A stretch of DNA of 20,000 nt from the IMG/VR virus record IMGVR_UViG_3300035188_001343; one strand, given 5' to 3'. Positions within the stretch are counted from its first letter, which is position 1. Each line of letters starts with the position of its first letter. The notes beneath the pieces are model-generated. The model was not told where the DNA came from. It was given only the letters and a program-made list of their open reading frames with translations, and searched no databases. Below are positions 16,940 to 20,000 of the stretch, piece by piece. This stretch comes from an uncultured virus (IMG/VR IMGVR_UViG_3300035188_001343) (taxonomy: Duplodnaviria > Heunggongvirae > Uroviricota > Caudoviricetes). A program made the position numbers and the translations under genes.

Positions 16940-16947
16940 ATTATACA
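16940..16947 (-). promoter_or_regulatory. -10 element (TGTATAAT) upstream of groES
   Basis: TATAAT on the - strand at 16940-16945 in the nrdB-groES gap. Confidence 0.45.
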
Positions 16948-16956
16948 ATTTTTATT

Positions 16957-17997
16957 TTAAAAATCATTCCAACCATCGACAGCAGATGATTGTTGATAAT
17001 TAGATATGGTGGATTCAAAGAAATTTCCTTTGACATCACCAGATCCTTCTGTATCTGCTATTTTTTCTAAATGTTTGTAGGGGTTATGTTCATATTTTTC
17101 ATCAATAAACAAAGGTGGTTCTTCTAATCGACTCAATCGATAATTTGCCATCCATTTTGTGTATCTGTCTGTTGAATCTTCAGAAATACCAAGAATAGAG
17201 GAACCAATAATATGATTTGTCCACCGAATTTCTTGTTGAGTGGCAATAGTAAACATTTCTTTAATCACTTCACTATTATAGATATAAGGAAATTCATTTT
17301 TAATTGTTAAAATGAAATTTTCAAACAGGACACAATGTGATAACTCATCTCTATTAATATACCGAATCATATCGGATGTACCAGCCATTAAGTTTCTACT
17401 AGACAAATTATAAAAAAAGTTAAACCCATTATAAAAATACAATCCTTCTAACAGATAGTTGGCAACCAATACCTTAAAATAATTTTCATCGGATGGGACA
17501 TTTATAAAATCCTGATATATTTCAGCAACATACTTATTTCTCTCCAACAAAATGTCATCTGCCCGCCAAAATTCATAAATTTTTTCTCTTTTATTTTTAG
17601 GAACGACAGTTTCAATAGTATAAGCATAAGATTGTGAATGAATTGCCTCCTGATAATCCTGAATACTTAATACCAAACTCACTTCTGGTGCAGTAACATA
17701 ATCGGTAATATTGGGAATATTATTGACTTGAACACTGTCAAGAAATACTAAAAATGATAGGATGCCATCATAAGCAGTTTGTTCCTCTTTGGTAAGTTTC
17801 TTATAATCTAAAATATCCATGGTTAAGTTAACTTTTTCGGGAATCCAAAAATTCGCCATCATAACACGATACAATTTATTTGCCCATGTATATTTTACAT
17901 CATTCAAATTGAAAATATTGGTGGTATTTCCTTTGATAATCGTTCTGTGTTGAACAGAATCATCACCATCGGGGTTAAACAGTAATTTTTGTTGCAT
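16957..17997 (-). CDS. nrdB: Class I ribonucleotide reductase beta subunit
   Basis: NFWIPE, FLDSVQ, QEAIHSQSY (E..H..Y radical Tyr), LEG.YFYNGF, RDELSH and NFFE; GGAG at 18004-18007 supports ATG 17997. Confidence 0.95.
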   Translation of the reverse strand: MQQKLLFNPDGDDSVQHRTIIKGNTTNIFNLNDVKYTWANKLYRVMMANFWIPEKVNLTMDILDYKKLTKEEQTAYDGILSFLVFLDSVQVNNIPNITDYVTAPEVSLVLSIQDYQEAIHSQSYAYTIETVVPKNKREKIYEFWRADDILLERNKYVAEIYQDFINVPSDENYFKVLVANYLLEGLYFYNGFNFFYNLSSRNLMAGTSDMIRYINRDELSHCVLFENFILTIKNEFPYIYNSEVIKEMFTIATQQEIRWTNHIIGSSILGISEDSTDRYTKWMANYRLSRLEEPPLFIDEKYEHNPYKHLEKIADTEGSGDVKGNFFESTISNYQQSSAVDGWNDF

Positions 17998-18139
17998 ATA
18001 CTTCTCCACATTAAATTTTTATTATTTTACAAATTTGTTTTACTCTACTATGTATCTTGGTATTGAATGTCAAGATTACTTTTTTCCTCTTTTTAAATAA
18101 ATAAATAGGTTATATCAACTTATGAATAAAGGAACGACA

Positions 18140-18649
18140 ATGGCTATAGATGCTAAAGATTTAAAAGAAATTGCTTCAAAATTAAAAGTAGGTGATCATT
18201 TAAATTTAGTGGATAGACTCAATGAAAATGATAAAAATTCAGTAACTATCAAAGCAGGTTCATTTGATAAAGAGATCTTAAAATCCACTAACTGGGCAGA
18301 TCTGATTAGAGCAATTTATTCAAATAATTCTCAATTTTCCAATGGAGAATATGTAGTTGCCCTTGCTTCAGGTAAAAAAGATGTCTTTACAGTTATCAAT
18401 TCTAAAAAACCCAAAGAACCATCATTTAATGTTACTGTTTTTGTTACCAACCATACTTTAGTTATCAAAGATCTCAAAGGTTCTATGGTTACTTATATCG
18501 AACACGCTTCTGTGGTAAAATCAAAAAAAGAATCCGAAACCAAAACCCCATTTTACCAAACTTTAATCGATAGGTTAAAAGCGGAGAAACCATCACCTGA
18601 AGAAACCATGAAAATAATCGAAGAATTACAAACAGCTAAAAAAGTTTAA
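18140..18649 (+). CDS. Hypothetical protein
   Basis: ORF 18122..18649; AAGGA RBS favours ATG 18140 (MAIDAK...); no recognised motif. Confidence 0.7.
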   Translation: MAIDAKDLKEIASKLKVGDHLNLVDRLNENDKNSVTIKAGSFDKEILKSTNWADLIRAIYSNNSQFSNGEYVVALASGKKDVFTVINSKKPKEPSFNVTVFVTNHTLVIKDLKGSMVTYIEHASVVKSKKESETKTPFYQTLIDRLKAEKPSPEETMKIIEELQTAKKV

Positions 18650-19071
18650 GATACTTTAACCACATTTACACCACATTTCTTCAAAAAATCAATACCGTCT
18701 GTTAGCCGATATTCACGTTTGTAGTACACTGAGGTTACTCCAGCATTATATAAAATCTTACTACAGTTCATACAAGGAGAATCTGTGATAAACACAGAGG
18801 CTCCTTCTGACGATTCATGTGATTTACATAACTTAGCAATTAGATTTTCTTCTGCGTGGGACACATAGGGGTAAGTGACCCCATTTTGATCTTCGCATAC
18901 ATTGGACCAATTATGAGGAGTGCCATTATAACCAATAGATATAATTCTATCATTTTTAACAGCAATTGCTCCTACTTTTAATTTAGTGGCATATGATAAT
19001 TCTGCCGTCTTTTCAGTAATACTCATATAGTAATCAATCATTTTTTGTTTCATTTTTTTCTCAACATTCAC
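18646..19071 (-). CDS. dCMP deaminase
   Basis: KVGA, IISIGYNGTP, HAEEN and SPCMNC zinc-deaminase motifs; the start may be ATG 19053. Confidence 0.92.
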   Translation of the reverse strand: MNVEKKMKQKMIDYYMSITEKTAELSYATKLKVGAIAVKNDRIISIGYNGTPHNWSNVCEDQNGVTYPYVSHAEENLIAKLCKSHESSEGASVFITDSPCMNCSKILYNAGVTSVYYKREYRLTDGIDFLKKCGVNVVKVS

Positions 19072-19597
19072 TGGGGGTAAAATACAAAGATGCTAATTCA
19101 TCAATAACTACAATCATTGGAGTTACAATTCTATTATTCATAGGGGTAATTATAATTACATCAAACCGAATATAGTAGGGTAAGGGTGTTTGCCATTTAG
19201 ACGCAATAATGATGTTGTCTACATTTAAAGAAAAAATAGTATTCTTTGAATTACTTGAGAAATAATCAAAAAAATCAATAGCAAAAATATTTGCGGCTTT
19301 AAGATCGTTAAAATTTGCTGTTTTAAATTCCAATTCACTGTTTAAAAAATGGACAAATGTGTTAGTAAGTCCACATGATATTTTTCCACCTACTAGATTT
19401 TTTATTTTTGCAGAAATAACATACTTTAATTCATTTATTACAGGGAGTATATCACACCCTATTTTTGACAATCTTACCTCTACATTACACCCTGTCAATC
19501 TTTTAATTGAATACTGAGCAGAATATACCAAATCATTTAAGACACATTTAAATGTTTCATTCTTACACAGTGTTTTTAATTCTTCGTGCTCCATCAC
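19061..19597 (-). CDS. Hypothetical protein
   Basis: 178-aa ORF overlapping the deaminase start, same strand; no recognised motif. Confidence 0.6.
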   Translation of the reverse strand: MMEHEELKTLCKNETFKCVLNDLVYSAQYSIKRLTGCNVEVRLSKIGCDILPVINELKYVISAKIKNLVGGKISCGLTNTFVHFLNSELEFKTANFNDLKAANIFAIDFFDYFSSNSKNTIFSLNVDNIIIASKWQTPLPYYIRFDVIIITPMNNRIVTPMIVVIDELASLYFTPSEC

Positions 19598-19733
19598 CTA
19601 TTATCCCAAAACTACGTACTAAACTGTATATTATTTATTTGCTTAGAATGAGTAATTTACACTATTATTACCCGTCTATCGATTTAAATGGTTATACCAA
19701 TGAATCGTTAATAGGGGTTTATTATAGTTTATT

Positions 19734-19744
19734 AATTATACCAT
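19734..19744 (-). promoter_or_regulatory. Extended -10 promoter candidate (ATGGTATAATT)
   Basis: Identical to the 11-mer upstream of the ligase genes; points toward the 19597/dCMP deaminase genes. Confidence 0.5.
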
Positions 19745-19843
19745 AGTAAACACCATTTATCACGGTTTGGGCGTAAGAGGTTCTACTTATTTAACTATTT
19801 ACCATCGTTTTCATACCGGTGAGTAAGAGTAGTAGAGATGAAC

Positions 19844-20000
19844 AACCTGTAGGAGATGAAGAGGAACAAGAGGAACCTGTAGGAGATGAAGAGGAACAAG
19901 AGGAACCTGTAGGAGATGAAGAGGAACAAGAGGAACCTGTAGGAGATGAAGAGGAACAAGAGGAACCTGTAGGAGATGAAGAGGAACAAGAGGAACCTGT
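19844..20000. repeat. Perfect 30-bp tandem repeat, at least 5 copies, runs off window
   Basis: Unit aacctgtaggagatgaagaggaacaagagg repeated head to tail without spacers. Confidence 0.97.

Noticed and set aside
374..17003. Antisense/overlapping short ORFs (e.g. 374-613, 1569-1832, 2394-2768, 5166-5516, 10381-10896, 14380-14616, 16797-17003)
   Set aside because: They lie opposite well-supported genes and show no motifs or RBS; expected shadow ORFs.
16957..17997. Metal-free or otherwise unusual RNR beta subunit
   Set aside because: The D, ExxH, E, DExxH ligands and the radical Tyr are all present; an ordinary class I beta, with the alpha subunit presumably elsewhere.
18646..18649. Convergent genes sharing a TTAA double stop
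   Set aside because: Common in compact AT-rich phage genomes; no further signal.
19795..19989. 64-aa (FLLFLFISYR)n ORF as a real gene
   Set aside because: It is a by-product of the repeat; several frames are open and none is independently supported.
19844..20000. CRISPR array
   Set aside because: Units are head to tail with no unique spacers and no cas genes in the window.
1..20000. tRNA, rRNA or structured ncRNA genes
   Set aside because: Intergenic gaps are short and AT-rich; I found no cloverleaf or T-arm GTTC motif in them by eye.

Overview
AT-rich, gene-dense window that looks like part of a large T4-like/jumbo phage genome (UvsW helicase, Rnl1-type RNA ligase, nrdB, dCMP deaminase, groES, tail-fibre-like genes). 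Promoter style, AAGGA RBSs and a short-roof GroES weakly suggest a Campylobacterota host. The left 11.7 kb carries a likely counter-defence block: Hen1 + Pnkp RNA repair, NMN adenylyltransferase + Nampt/NadV + Nudix (NAD salvage), a Thg1-like 3'-5' polymerase and a T4 Rnl1-like ligase. The most unusual signal is fractured genes. UvsW stops just after its Walker A lysine with a 25-aa N-intein fragment (atypical split intein; partner not in window). The Rnl1 ligase is split over three ORFs, each with its own RBS, with added segments at the break points and an internal ~75-aa insert resembling a catalytically dead Hint/intein fragment. The window ends in a perfect 30-bp tandem repeat. All family calls come from motif recognition by eye; no searches were run.
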